From NCBI GenBank assembly GCA_023415305.1, contig JAEZKZ010000039.1, positions 103-64,102 on the forward strand: a stretch of DNA of 64,000 bases, given 5' to 3'. The notes under the pieces are model-generated. The model saw only the letters and a program-made list of their open reading frames with translations, was not told the DNA's origin and made no database searches. Both the position numbers and the translations under genes were made by a program. Below, one piece after another: positions 28,926-39,143 of the stretch (its first letter is position 1; the number at the start of each line of letters is the position of its first letter). The stretch comes from Bacillota bacterium. GTDB lineage: Bacteria; Bacillota; Clostridia; Acetivibrionales; DSM-1351.

Positions 28926-30095
28926 ATGGAATATAAACTGAACAGAGCATGGGCCGAGATAAATCTCGACAACATCGCTCATAATATTCGTGAAATTAGA
29001 AGAATTACCAACAAAAATGCCGAAATTATGGGGGTAGTCAAGGCTGATGGATACGGACACGGAGTAATGGAGGTGGCAAGGACACTCCTGGAGAATGGAG
29101 TAACAAGACTTGCGGTATCAATGCTGGATGAGGCAATTCAGTTGAGGAAGCATGGAATAAATGTACCAATATTTATTTTAGGTTATACCGATCCCGTAAG
29201 GGCAAATGAAATTATTCAAAATGATGTAACCCAATCGGTTTTTAGTCAGGAATTGGCAAAGGCACTTTCTGACGAGGCTGTTAGGCAGGGACGAAAGGTG
29301 AAAATTCATATCAAAATTGATACAGGTATGTCAAGGATAGGCTTTCTTCCAGGATATAATGCAGTAAAAAATGTAATAGAAATAAGCCGCCTGCCCAACA
29401 TAATTATTGAAGGCTTATTTACACACTTTGCAACAGCGGATGAGAAAAACAGAGAATTTACCTTAACACAGTTTGAACGTTTTATGAGTATATGCAATGA
29501 GCTTCAGAGAATCGGAGTACATATCCCAGTTAAGCATTGTGCCAACAGTGGAGGAATTATCGAATATCCTGAGATGCATTTGGATATGGTTCGTCCGGGC
29601 ATTATTCAATATGGTTTATACCCGTCTGAAGAAGTTGATAAGTCAAAAATTCTCTTAAAACCGGCAATGACCTTAAAGGCTAATATAATTATGGTAAAGG
29701 AAGTTGAAAAAGATACTTCAATAAGCTACGGAAGAATTTTTACAACTGCCAGAACATCACGTATTGCAACAATTCCTATAGGTTATGCAGACGGGTATAC
29801 CCGGATGCTGAGCAACAAGGGGAAGGTGCTCATACATGGTCAGTTTGCTCCTATTGTAGGAAGAATCTGCATGGACCAGTGTATGGTAGATGTGACAGAT
29901 TTAACAGAAAATGTCGAAGTAGGCGATGAGGTTGTCCTCATAGGCCATCAAGGGGACAACACAATTTCAGTTGAGGATGTTGCAAGCTCAATAGGTATGA
30001 TAAATTATGAACTAATTTGCATTGTGGGGAAAAGAATACCAAGAGCGTTTGTAAAGGATGGAAAGATATCAAAAATTTTGAATTACTTAATATAA
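28926..30095 (+). CDS. alr: Alanine racemase
   Basis: VVKADGYGHG PLP lysine motif; DTGMSR, GYADG and GRICMD. Confidence 0.97.
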   Translation: MEYKLNRAWAEINLDNIAHNIREIRRITNKNAEIMGVVKADGYGHGVMEVARTLLENGVTRLAVSMLDEAIQLRKHGINVPIFILGYTDPVRANEIIQNDVTQSVFSQELAKALSDEAVRQGRKVKIHIKIDTGMSRIGFLPGYNAVKNVIEISRLPNIIIEGLFTHFATADEKNREFTLTQFERFMSICNELQRIGVHIPVKHCANSGGIIEYPEMHLDMVRPGIIQYGLYPSEEVDKSKILLKPAMTLKANIIMVKEVEKDTSISYGRIFTTARTSRIATIPIGYADGYTRMLSNKGKVLIHGQFAPIVGRICMDQCMVDVTDLTENVEVGDEVVLIGHQGDNTISVEDVASSIGMINYELICIVGKRIPRAFVKDGKISKILNYLI

Positions 30096-30363
30096 CCAGA
30101 CAGAAATTTGTTAGAAAAATCCTCTGAAAGATATGTTATAGGCGGTTTTCAAAGAATACAGTAATATAAACTTAATTTGACCGTGTATCTAGTGGTGGAT
30201 TATAATAATTCCATACGTGTGCAATTGTATTTTTCTTTGTCATACTGATAATTTATTTAGGAATATTATAATATATAAATAGAGAGAAAAGCTTATTAGG
30301 AGACGAGTAAATGATGAAAAAGAGGTCGTTGTTTGTCGTTTCAATAGAGTGGGGGTAAATAAG

Positions 30364-30648
30364 TTGGCTCAATATAAAAAGATATTAATTAGCGTCCCGG
30401 ACAATTTACTTGAAGAATTGGATATTCTGGCTTCTAATCAAAAAACAAACAGAAGTCTGATTGTAAGGGAAGCAATGAGTCTTTATATAAGAGAAAAACG
30501 TAAGGTTGAATTGAGGGAAAAAATGAGGAGAGGGTACGAAGAAATGGCTGAGATAAATTTAAGGCTTGCAGAGGGATGCCTCGGAGCTGATAATGATCAG
30601 CAAAGCATATATGAGGAACGGCTTGGGGAGATGGAGGAAACGTGGTAA
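30364..30648 (+). CDS. ndoAI: Ribbon-helix-helix antitoxin (EndoAI/MazE-type)
   Basis: RHH N-terminus, [13 protein letters not shown] motif; overlaps the toxin start and follows alr. Confidence 0.88.
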   Translation: MAQYKKILISVPDNLLEELDILASNQKTNRSLIVREAMSLYIREKRKVELREKMRRGYEEMAEINLRLAEGCLGADNDQQSIYEERLGEMEETW

Positions 30649-30992
30649 TAAAAAGAGGAGACATATATTATGCAGATCTGAGTCCGGTCATCGGCTCAGA
30701 ACAGGGCGGTGTCAGGCCTGTACTGATTGTTCAGAATGATATCGGAAATAAATATAGTCCTACTGTAATTGCAGCTGCAATTACTTCTCAGATAAATAAA
30801 GCAAAGCTACCCACTCATATTGAGATCGGAGCTTTGGAATATGGTCTTGCAAAGGATTCGGTTATTTTATTGGAACAAATAAGAACTATAGATAAAAAAC
30901 GCCTGAGAGAAAAAATCGGGCATCTTGACGAAGAACTTATGGATAGGGTAAATAATGCTCTGGAAGTCAGTTTTGGGCTTTCAGAATTATAA
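30642..30992 (+). CDS. ndoA: MazF/PemK-family endoribonuclease toxin EndoA
   Basis: [23 protein letters not shown] and EQIRTIDK. Confidence 0.96.
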   Translation: MVIKRGDIYYADLSPVIGSEQGGVRPVLIVQNDIGNKYSPTVIAAAITSQINKAKLPTHIEIGALEYGLAKDSVILLEQIRTIDKKRLREKIGHLDEELMDRVNNALEVSFGLSEL

Positions 30993-31071
30993 TAGATGTT
31001 TTGGATAAAAGTTACTAATTCTTGATACTTGAATAAGAAAAATAAAAGCACTGTAGCTGATGGAGGTTGAG

Positions 31072-31653
31072 ATGGGTAAACTAAAGAGTCTGATAAAAAA
31101 GAAATACGTTATTGTCTTAGCTGCATTAATATGCGGTTTTGCTTTACTTCAGCTTGCACCGGTTGTGAGAGCTGCAACAGGCAGCGGACAGGTTATTTAT
31201 GATTCTACATACATAGACAAGTTGGAGGCCAGCTTACGAAGTTTAATACAAACCACCAGCGACGATCTGAAAAAACAGATTTCAGCCTCAGGCTCACAAA
31301 GTGATCTTGAAAAAAAATTAATTGAAACTGAAGCAAAATTGAATGCGGCCGAAAAGGAACTCGCTTCGGTAAAAGACAGTATACAATTTAAAGTAGTTAA
31401 ACTGAATTCAGGAAAAATAATGCTATGTGATAGCAGTACAGAGATAATAGTTAGAACCAAGGGTGGAGCGAAAGCATACATAGAAAAGACAGCAAGCGGG
31501 GGATTGTCCAACCTTATTTCAGGCAAAGACCATAAAAACGGAGAAGTAATTCCCGACAACCAGCTGTTACTTGTCCCCAACGGTGACGGAAGAGGAATTA
31601 AAGCTTCCAAGGATTCATATATTATGGTTAAGGGTAAGTACACAATTAAATAA
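31072..31653 (+). CDS. Exported hypothetical protein (coiled coil plus beta-rich C-terminal domain)
   Basis: Basic/hydrophobic signal ending VRA; GGAGG RBS. Confidence 0.75.
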   Translation: MGKLKSLIKKKYVIVLAALICGFALLQLAPVVRAATGSGQVIYDSTYIDKLEASLRSLIQTTSDDLKKQISASGSQSDLEKKLIETEAKLNAAEKELASVKDSIQFKVVKLNSGKIMLCDSSTEIIVRTKGGAKAYIEKTASGGLSNLISGKDHKNGEVIPDNQLLLVPNGDGRGIKASKDSYIMVKGKYTIK

Positions 31654-31706
31654 TTAATTGTGTGAAAATCAAAAATAAATATTTCCAGAAATGAGCGAAT
31701 ATTAAT

Positions 31707-31749
31707 AAAAAGAAGTTTAATGACGATATAGTATTAGGCTTCTTTTTTT
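31707..31749 (+). terminator. Intrinsic terminator
   Basis: AAAAGAAGTTTAAT ... ATTAGGCTTCTTTTTTT. Confidence 0.65.
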
Positions 31750-31782
31750 GCATTTTAAAAGCTAGTAAACCAAAAAAGGAAA

Positions 31783-33663
31783 ATGATATTAATGAATAAA
31801 CCAAATCAACTGAAAACCGTACAACAAAAAAGGATAGATATACTTATCAGACTTGCGTTGATTCTGATAGTAGTGACGATACTTTTTTTCTTTGTTGTCA
31901 AACCCATGTTGAAAAAAGATTACTATTATGACACCGGAGCGGATTACAATTTCAGTAACCTTGGTTCTATAGCCGACGAGGATAGCTTTGACGTAGCAGT
32001 AATAGGTGATGGCCTGGACGCAGTGACCGGTGCTCTGGGAGCGTCAAGAGTGGGAGCTAAAACGCTTTTCCTTTGTCCCTCCAGGGATTTGGGTGATAGC
32101 CTTAAAAAAACACAAAATATTGATTGGTCAGCAGATCTTACACCAAACGGAAACATTGTAAGTTCAGACCTGTTTAAGGGAATACGTTATAAAGCGGGAG
32201 ATGGTTCAAATCTTGAAAATTATAAAAACGAAATATCTAAATTGCTGGAAAACAAAAACCTGACTGTAATTTATAATGCTCAGGTGACAAGTGTTAATGC
32301 TGTAAATGGAAATATTCAAAGTATTGCCGTTAAGCTGCCTGATGAAAACCTGACAATACAGGCTAAAAGATATATTGACGGAAGCCTGTCAGGAGATTTG
32401 CTTCGAAAGTGTAATGCCGACTTTACTACAGGGTACGGTGATATAGGTCTGGATAATTTGTATCAGCCGGTAAAACTCAATTTTTCAGTTTCAGGAATTG
32501 ACAATGCCAAAGTTCAGGAAACACTGAAAAAGCAGGGTTTTTTAATAGATTATCTATTAAAAAGCTATAAAACAGGTAATCGAAACATATTTATATCAGG
32601 GTTGAATATTGCCGACCAGGGCAGTGGAAATGTAATTATTGAAGCTATAAATATGAATGGTATTGACCTGACCGATGACGATAAAATTAATAAGGCATAC
32701 AATGCAGCAAAAAAAGAATGTGAAGAATTCTACAGCTATTTGAAAGCCAATCTTGAAGAATTCAAAAATGCAAACGGAATAGTTGTGGCAGAACGATTTA
32801 TCATGTCTTCTCCGTACCACTTTAAGGGAGTCTATACAATGACACTCAGTGATGTACTCACTGGTAAAAGGTATATTGACAGAATAAGTACAGCCTCAAG
32901 ACCTGTTACATTTACAATGGATGATGGAAACAGATATGTATTATGCAATCCTAAGACTTTTTACATACCCCTTGGCTCGCTGATACCCGAGAAGCTGAAT
33001 AACGTACTTATGACCGGTGATAAAATTTCAGCGTCCTCATTGGTTCAGACAGCTATCGGTTCAAATTCCAGTAGGGCAGGTACAGGCTATGCCGCCGGAA
33101 TCATTGCTGCTTACAGTATATCCAAAGGTATGGACATTCCAATACTTGTTGCGGATCGTAATTTGGATACTCAGCAGGAAATTGAGAAGATTTTGCGTAA
33201 AATGGGTATATATATGTCTGATATAAAAGAGGAGGTTGCAAGTATTACTGGAAATTGGAGTTACCCGTATGCCGAAAAACTGATAAACCTGGGTTTGCTA
33301 AGCGGAGGTATTACCAATGACTATAAATATGACAAAGAAGCGAAGATAAAGGACCTTGCTTATATTATACTAAACGGAGTTCCCAGAGTATCAGAGGAAG
33401 CCTATAATTATAAATTTGATATTACAATAAGAAATTATCTGAAGGATGAGCCTTTGACGAAAGAGGAGTTTGGGAAGGTAGTCCTTGAGCTTTTCCAAAA
33501 AAATACTGTATCTGAAAACAATTTTTCTGAAGCATGTAAACTAGGGCTAATCGACAATACTCTTCAGAAAAAACTGAAAGATACAGGGGTATTGAAATTG
33601 TCGGATGTTTATTACACATCTGTATATATAATTGAAAGACTGACGGGTAATTCACTGAAATAG
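31783..33663 (+). CDS. Membrane-anchored FAD-dependent oxidoreductase-like protein with SLH-like C-terminal region
   Basis: N-terminal TM; DVAVIGDG Rossmann start, RYIDGS..GDL, YIPLGSLIP..LNNVL.TG..IS; SLH-like NWSYPYAEKLINLGLLSG. Confidence 0.8.
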   Translation: MILMNKPNQLKTVQQKRIDILIRLALILIVVTILFFFVVKPMLKKDYYYDTGADYNFSNLGSIADEDSFDVAVIGDGLDAVTGALGASRVGAKTLFLCPSRDLGDSLKKTQNIDWSADLTPNGNIVSSDLFKGIRYKAGDGSNLENYKNEISKLLENKNLTVIYNAQVTSVNAVNGNIQSIAVKLPDENLTIQAKRYIDGSLSGDLLRKCNADFTTGYGDIGLDNLYQPVKLNFSVSGIDNAKVQETLKKQGFLIDYLLKSYKTGNRNIFISGLNIADQGSGNVIIEAINMNGIDLTDDDKINKAYNAAKKECEEFYSYLKANLEEFKNANGIVVAERFIMSSPYHFKGVYTMTLSDVLTGKRYIDRISTASRPVTFTMDDGNRYVLCNPKTFYIPLGSLIPEKLNNVLMTGDKISASSLVQTAIGSNSSRAGTGYAAGIIAAYSISKGMDIPILVADRNLDTQQEIEKILRKMGIYMSDIKEEVASITGNWSYPYAEKLINLGLLSGGITNDYKYDKEAKIKDLAYIILNGVPRVSEEAYNYKFDITIRNYLKDEPLTKEEFGKVVLELFQKNTVSENNFSEACKLGLIDNTLQKKLKDTGVLKLSDVYYTSVYIIERLTGNSLK

Positions 33664-33703
33664 ACCGAAATAAGCCGAAGTAAACCGAAGTAAACCGGAA
33701 TAA
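33654..33703 (+). repeat. 10-bp tandem repeat (5 units), each ending in TAG/TAA
   Basis: ACTGAAATAG ACCGAAATAA GCCGAAGTAA ACCGAAGTAA ACCGGAATAA. Confidence 0.85.
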
Positions 33704-33726
33704 ATCGTCATGAACTACGGGGCTGT

Positions 33727-33750
33727 CAAGGTGTTCTGAAGAACACCTTG
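33727..33750. terminator. Hairpin between convergent genes
   Basis: CAAGGTGTTC-TGAA-GAACACCTTG. Confidence 0.6.
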
Positions 33751-33761
33751 CACATTTGCTA

Positions 33762-34502
33762 TCACTTCTTTATAAGCCCAATTCTTATTCCCAGAACATA
33801 TAGTATGAACTTTGGCAGCCTTAGCATTCTTTTAAAGCGCCAAGGTTCCTTGTACAGCCGGTATAACCATTCAAGACCGTTATTTCTGAAAAAGTCTGGT
33901 GCCAGCTTGACATTTCCCGCCAGCACATCCAGTGTTCCGCCTACACCAAGAGAAGCTTTAACCTTTAATCGGCTCTTATTTTCTGTAATCCACAATTCCT
34001 GCTTAGGAGCACCCAGACAAACCAGTAGTACATCAGCACCGGAATTGTTTATTTCCTCAATTATTGAAGCCTCATCTTCCTTTGAGAAATAACCGTTTCT
34101 AGTTCCAACTACTTCAGCACCCGGATAGTCACAGATTATATTTGCATTTGCTTTTTCGGGTATTCCGGGTTTGCCTCCGAAAAGGTAGAATTTTATAGGC
34201 CTTTTAGAAGATTCGGCTAAGAGGTTCTTAACAAGATCAAAGCCGGAAACCTTTTCGGTAACGGCCTTGCCAAGTATCTTAGAAGCCAGTACAACACCTG
34301 CTCCGTCTGCTACAAGCATGTCGGCGCCATTTAATATTGCTTTCATGTCCTTATTTGTGATACCATCCATCATTATTTCGGCATTTGGTGTAAAAACAGA
34401 ATGATTTTCATTTAATGCAATAAACTCGTATATTCTTTCAACGGCCTGTTCCATTGAAATATCATCTATGTTAATACCTGCAATTTCTTTAATTTTTCTC
34501 AT
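33762..34502 (-). CDS. WecB/TagA/CpsF family glycosyltransferase
   Basis: TPNAE, ADGAGV, LGAPKQE, GVGGTLD and LEWLYRL..EPWR motifs; GGAGG before ATG 34502. Confidence 0.92.
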   Translation of the reverse strand: MRKIKEIAGINIDDISMEQAVERIYEFIALNENHSVFTPNAEIMMDGITNKDMKAILNGADMLVADGAGVVLASKILGKAVTEKVSGFDLVKNLLAESSKRPIKFYLFGGKPGIPEKANANIICDYPGAEVVGTRNGYFSKEDEASIIEEINNSGADVLLVCLGAPKQELWITENKSRLKVKASLGVGGTLDVLAGNVKLAPDFFRNNGLEWLYRLYKEPWRFKRMLRLPKFILYVLGIRIGLIKK

Positions 34503-34803
34503 GTAACCTCCCAAATTAGTCCCCAAAAAGCCATAACAACTTCTGGTATCTTTTAGACTCAACACTGAAAAGAATGGAGTCTTGACCAATCACTTCTCCA
34601 GTTTAAAATATACCATTTTATTTGTCAACGATTGCGATTAAAAGATCAAATAACACTATTTAATGGTAGATAAGTATGCTGTTTTAACCGGGGCTATCTT
34701 GCAGAATTAAAATAATCATAATAATTCCTGAAATATTGTTGAGGTGATTTTATATTGCTATAATGGAGATAGTACTATAGTTAATTTTTGGGAGGAGTGG
34801 CCT

Positions 34804-35199
34804 ATGAGTTATGATTATGTGAGTGAATCAAACTTTATTGTAAGAAAATCCGGTAGGGAAAATGAGAGCTACTATATTGATTATCTAGGTGTTTATAAGA
34901 TAGTGAGTATATCGAAGCTGGTTCGTATTGATGCAGTTTTAATTAAAGAAATATATCAGAAATACGACGCAGTTTATTTCAGTGAATTGGATGTTTACTA
35001 TTTTAAAGAGATAGAGAAAGCGAAAAGCGCTATTGCAGATATACTGAAGAACATGAAGTCCGAACAGAAGGGAAGAATAATTCAACTTACCGAGGCAGAA
35101 ATAGAGTATATAAGACAGGCGCTGATTAATGAAGGTGTTAATAGCATTAGAGTAAATTCTAAAGTAAAGGATAATATATTTAAAAAGCTTAATGCATAG
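34804..35199 (+). CDS. Hypothetical protein
   Basis: GGAGGAG RBS; 131-aa ORF. Confidence 0.7.
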   Translation: MSYDYVSESNFIVRKSGRENESYYIDYLGVYKIVSISKLVRIDAVLIKEIYQKYDAVYFSELDVYYFKEIEKAKSAIADILKNMKSEQKGRIIQLTEAEIEYIRQALINEGVNSIRVNSKVKDNIFKKLNA

Positions 35200-35380
35200 A
35201 AGATATGTTTCAATATGGTCCTTAAACTCCTTGAACAGTAAGCTTGTAGAAATTATTGATAAAAATGTATATGCAAGTTAGAAGTATAAAACTTGCAAAA
35301 ATTCTTGTAAAAATGAATGTTTTAATGTATTATTATTGCATGAATAAATATACATAATTGAGTAAGGGGTGTAGGGGTTT

Positions 35381-36202
35381 ATGAACAAAATGAAAAGAAG
35401 GTTAATCTGCTTATCTGCGTTGCTTGTAATAGCTTTCGTGGTAACTGCATGTGGTTCTTCCGCAGACAGTAAGGCGGCAGAAGGTGCAAAGGCAGGACAA
35501 CAGATACTTAAGGTCGGAGTAGACGACACATATCCGCCAATGGAATTTAAAGATGAATCAAATACCACTGTCGGATTCGATATTGATGTAGCTACTGAGG
35601 TTGCAAAGAGACTCGATATGAAGGCTGAATTTGTATCAAACGACTGGGCGGGTATATTTCTTGCCTTGGAAGCAAATAAGTTTGATGTTATTGTTTCATC
35701 AGTAAGCCGTAATGAGGAAAGAATGGCTAAATATGCCATGACAACTCCGTATATTGCAAATGCGCAGGTTATCGTTGTACCTGCTGCTGATACAACAATA
35801 AAGGAACCAAAAGATCTCGCGGGAAAAAATGTTGGCGTACAGATCGGTACTACTGCTGATGAATCCTGTGGCGAATACCTTAAAACTACAAAGTTTACAC
35901 TTAAGCAATATGACCAGGTAATTCAGCCGTTCTCAGATATGAAGGCTGACAGACTTGACGCAATAGTAGTTGACGAAGTTGTTGCAAGATACTACGTAAA
36001 GAAAGACCCAAAAAGCTATAAGGTATCAAGTGCAAGATTGACAAATGAGCCAATAGGAATCTGTTTTGCCAAAAATAATACAGAGCTGAGAGATAAGGCT
36101 CAAAAAGCCTTGGAAGAAATGTTTGCAGACGGAACAATGAAGAAATTATCCGAAAAATGGTTTGATGAAGATCTTACCGGGAACGTAAAGGATATTAAGT
36201 AA
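35381..36202 (+). CDS. Polar amino-acid ABC transporter substrate-binding lipoprotein
   Basis: VTAC lipobox; YPPMEF, GFDID and DGTMKKLSEKWF motifs. Confidence 0.92.
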   Translation: MNKMKRRLICLSALLVIAFVVTACGSSADSKAAEGAKAGQQILKVGVDDTYPPMEFKDESNTTVGFDIDVATEVAKRLDMKAEFVSNDWAGIFLALEANKFDVIVSSVSRNEERMAKYAMTTPYIANAQVIVVPAADTTIKEPKDLAGKNVGVQIGTTADESCGEYLKTTKFTLKQYDQVIQPFSDMKADRLDAIVVDEVVARYYVKKDPKSYKVSSARLTNEPIGICFAKNNTELRDKAQKALEEMFADGTMKKLSEKWFDEDLTGNVKDIK

Positions 36203-36222
36203 TAAAGCGTTTAAAGTATTTG

Positions 36223-36261
36223 ATATAGACAAGAGAATTAAATAAATTCTCTTGTCTATAT
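36223..36261 (+). other. Perfect 17-bp intra-operon stem-loop between binding-protein and permease genes
   Basis: ATATAGACAAGAGAATT-AAATA-AATTCTCTTGTCTATAT. Confidence 0.75.
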
Positions 36262-36297
36262 TTAAAAATAGAAAGATAAAAAAGGTATAATAGGGAG

Positions 36298-36957
36298 TTG
36301 TTAAAATTGGATTTTATATTAAGTAAAATGCCTCAATTACTGGAAGGAAGTGTTGTAACACTTCAATTGACAGTTGTGGCAGTAATATTCGGTATGATAC
36401 TTGGCCTCTTTTTAGCACTTGGAAGGCTGTCAAAGAATGTTTTTATTGATAAACTTTGCTGGTTCTATATTTGGCTTTTCAGAGGAACTCCTCTAATAAT
36501 GCAGATATTCTTCTTTTACTATGGTTTGCCTCTTATTTTTGGTCAAGCTATGTCTTTTAGTGCAATGACTAATGCCTACATAGCACTTGCTCTCAATTCG
36601 GGAGCGTACCTGGCCGAAATAATAAGAGCTGCGATACAGTCAATAGACAAAGGTCAAATGGAAGCGGCAAAGGCTTTGGGAATGAGCTATGGACAAGCTA
36701 TGAGAAGGGTTATTGTTCCTCAATCCTACAGAAGACTTATTCCTCCGGTGGGAAACGAAGTGATAGCCTTGCTTAAAGACTCTGCCTTAGTCTCAACTAT
36801 TGGAATGGCAGAGTTGCTAAGAAATACTTCTCAGATAGTCAATGCAACAGGAAATGCCTTGATTTATTTACCATCAGCTGCGCTGTATTTATTAATGACA
36901 TCTTTATTTACCTTTGTTTTTGAAAAACTAGAAAAGAAATATTCAGTATACGAATAG
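36298..36957 (+). CDS. Polar amino-acid ABC transporter permease
   Basis: [24 protein letters not shown] (EAA loop) and LLKDSAL. Confidence 0.93.
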   Translation: MLKLDFILSKMPQLLEGSVVTLQLTVVAVIFGMILGLFLALGRLSKNVFIDKLCWFYIWLFRGTPLIMQIFFFYYGLPLIFGQAMSFSAMTNAYIALALNSGAYLAEIIRAAIQSIDKGQMEAAKALGMSYGQAMRRVIVPQSYRRLIPPVGNEVIALLKDSALVSTIGMAELLRNTSQIVNATGNALIYLPSAALYLLMTSLFTFVFEKLEKKYSVYE

Positions 36958-36970
36958 GGAGAGAGACGGC

Positions 36971-37732
36971 ATGGGAAGAATGATAAAAGTTGAAAATGTA
37001 TATAAGTCGTTTGGAACCCTTGAGGTGCTAAAAAATATAAATCTTGAGGTTCAGCAGGGAGAGGTGCTTTGTATAATTGGTCCCAGTGGCTCAGGAAAGA
37101 GCACCCTGCTCAGATGTCTTAACCATCTTGAGGTAATTACAAGCGGGAAAATAATGATTGAAGATGAACTCCTTGCAGAGAAAATAGATGGTAAAAGCCA
37201 ATTTAAAATTACGCATAAGAAGATTTCGGAGATATGTACAGAATTGGGGATGGTATTCCAGCGATTTAACCTGTTTCCACATATGACCGTTATACAAAAT
37301 ATTATTGAGGCACCGGTTCTGGTTAAGAAAATACCTAAAGCCCAAGCTGTAAGCTATGGGATGGAATTATTGAAAATGGTAGGCCTTGAGGATAAAAAGG
37401 ATGAATATCCTGCACGTCTTTCTGGCGGTCAGCAGCAAAGGGTTGCTATTGCAAGAGCGCTTGCAATGAAACCTAAAATAATGCTTTTTGATGAGCCAAC
37501 ATCAGCTCTTGACCCCGAACTCGTTGGTGAAGTTCTCGAGGTTATGAAAAAGCTGGCGAGAGATGGTATGACAATGGTGGTTGTTACTCATGAAATGGGC
37601 TTTGCCAAAGAAGTAGGATCTAGAGTAATATTTATGGACAAAGGTGAAATCAGTGAAGAGGGTTCCCACGAGGAGATATTTACAAACCCTAAAAACGAGA
37701 GAACCAGAGCCTTTCTGCAAAAAGTGCTGTAG
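36971..37732 (+). CDS. Polar amino-acid ABC transporter ATP-binding protein
   Basis: [27 protein letters not shown] and THEM. Confidence 0.95.
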   Translation: MGRMIKVENVYKSFGTLEVLKNINLEVQQGEVLCIIGPSGSGKSTLLRCLNHLEVITSGKIMIEDELLAEKIDGKSQFKITHKKISEICTELGMVFQRFNLFPHMTVIQNIIEAPVLVKKIPKAQAVSYGMELLKMVGLEDKKDEYPARLSGGQQQRVAIARALAMKPKIMLFDEPTSALDPELVGEVLEVMKKLARDGMTMVVVTHEMGFAKEVGSRVIFMDKGEISEEGSHEEIFTNPKNERTRAFLQKVL

Positions 37733-37795
37733 TCTGATTATTACACGGGGAAAAGGTATTTAAGTTGTATTGAAATAATTTAAATGTTTATATAC

Positions 37796-37834
37796 AATAA
37801 AAAAACATATATTAGATATATATGTTTTTTTATT
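37796..37834 (+). terminator. AT-rich terminator-like hairpin
   Basis: AATAAAAAAACATATAT ... ATATATGTTTTTTTATT after the ABC operon. Confidence 0.55.
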
Positions 37835-38052
37835 TCAATGAAAGTATGAATGAATTAATGCGCGTGGCCTGAATTTCCTTAATACATTAAACCGAATAAA
37901 TATTCAGTTTAAAGAAAAAGGCCCAGTGTGACAGGTTGCTGTCACACATATGCAAGCAAAAGTGGCTCTGCCACCTTTGTTATTGTAAAATTTTAGAGAT
38001 AGTCAAGGTAACAGGCAATAAATTTTATTGATATCGGAAACGTGGAGGGCAA

Positions 38053-38958
38053 ATGTCACTTAAAAAGGTAGCAGCGTTTATTAAAGTATATTTTCTTATT
38101 ACATTTGGTGCAGCTATTACTGCACTTGCAATAAACATATTTCTTGTACCTTACAAAATTGCACCCGGCGGTCTTAGTGGTCTGGCAACAGTAATTTTTT
38201 ATCTTAGCGGCGGCAGATTCCCGGTGGGAACCGTGATGCTGATTATTAATATTCCTCTTTTTATTATGGGCTATAAATTTATCGGCAGACATTTCTTTAT
38301 AAGAACCTTATATGGGACAATTATGCTATCTGTAATTATTGACCTGACCGAATCCTATTCTGCTGTTTTAGCAAAAAAAATACTGGTAAATGGTGGTGGC
38401 ACATCAGCACCGGATATTCTGCTTTACAGTATTATCGGCGGTTTTGTAAGCGGTATAGGCCTTGGGATAGTATTAAAAATGGAAGCTACAACCGGTGGAA
38501 CTGAATTAGCTGCAAAACTTTTAAATAAACCTATTAAAAATCTGACAATTGGCCAGATTCTTCTTGCCATTGATGCATTAATCATTGTTTTCGCAATCAT
38601 TGCCTTTAATAGTGTCCTTATTGGTTTGTACTCACTGGTAAGTCTTTTTATAACCACAAAGGTTATTGATGCTATGGTAGAGGGGGTTGACTATGCAAGA
38701 GCCGTACTAATAATCTCTGAGCATCAGGAAGAAATAGCAAAGAGAATTATTATTGAAATGGATAGAGGTGTTACAGAATTAAAAGGAAGAGGAGTATACT
38801 CGGGTAAGGATAAAAATGTCCTTTTATGTGTCCTCTCAAGAAATGAGATTCAACACTTGAAGGAGATTGTACACGCTTTGGATTCAGACGCTTTTATGAT
38901 CCTGGCAGACGTAAGAGAGGTTTTAGGCGAGGGCTTTAACGGAGTTCCAAAAAAGTAG
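38053..38958 (+). CDS. YitT family membrane protein
   Basis: APGGLSG, NIPLF, TTGGT, RGVT and D..AF....VREVLGEGF motifs. Confidence 0.9.
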   Translation: MSLKKVAAFIKVYFLITFGAAITALAINIFLVPYKIAPGGLSGLATVIFYLSGGRFPVGTVMLIINIPLFIMGYKFIGRHFFIRTLYGTIMLSVIIDLTESYSAVLAKKILVNGGGTSAPDILLYSIIGGFVSGIGLGIVLKMEATTGGTELAAKLLNKPIKNLTIGQILLAIDALIIVFAIIAFNSVLIGLYSLVSLFITTKVIDAMVEGVDYARAVLIISEHQEEIAKRIIIEMDRGVTELKGRGVYSGKDKNVLLCVLSRNEIQHLKEIVHALDSDAFMILADVREVLGEGFNGVPKK

Positions 38959-39143
38959 CTATAGCTAGTATTAATAGTTGATAATAATAGTCTATAAAAA
39001 AACTTGTACTTTTGTGTTTTAATAGAATAAAAGGTGGCATCTATTATATAACCTGTTTCAATATGAAGAGCTGGTTTTACTATCTTACAGTGAAAATAGC
39101 TATATGTTGAAAAATTATATATAAAACGGAGGATGCTAATGCT

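Noticed and set aside
30364..30992. Toxin-antitoxin pair as a sign of a mobile or defence island
   Set aside because: ndoAI-ndoA directly after alr is the usual chromosomal arrangement in Firmicutes.
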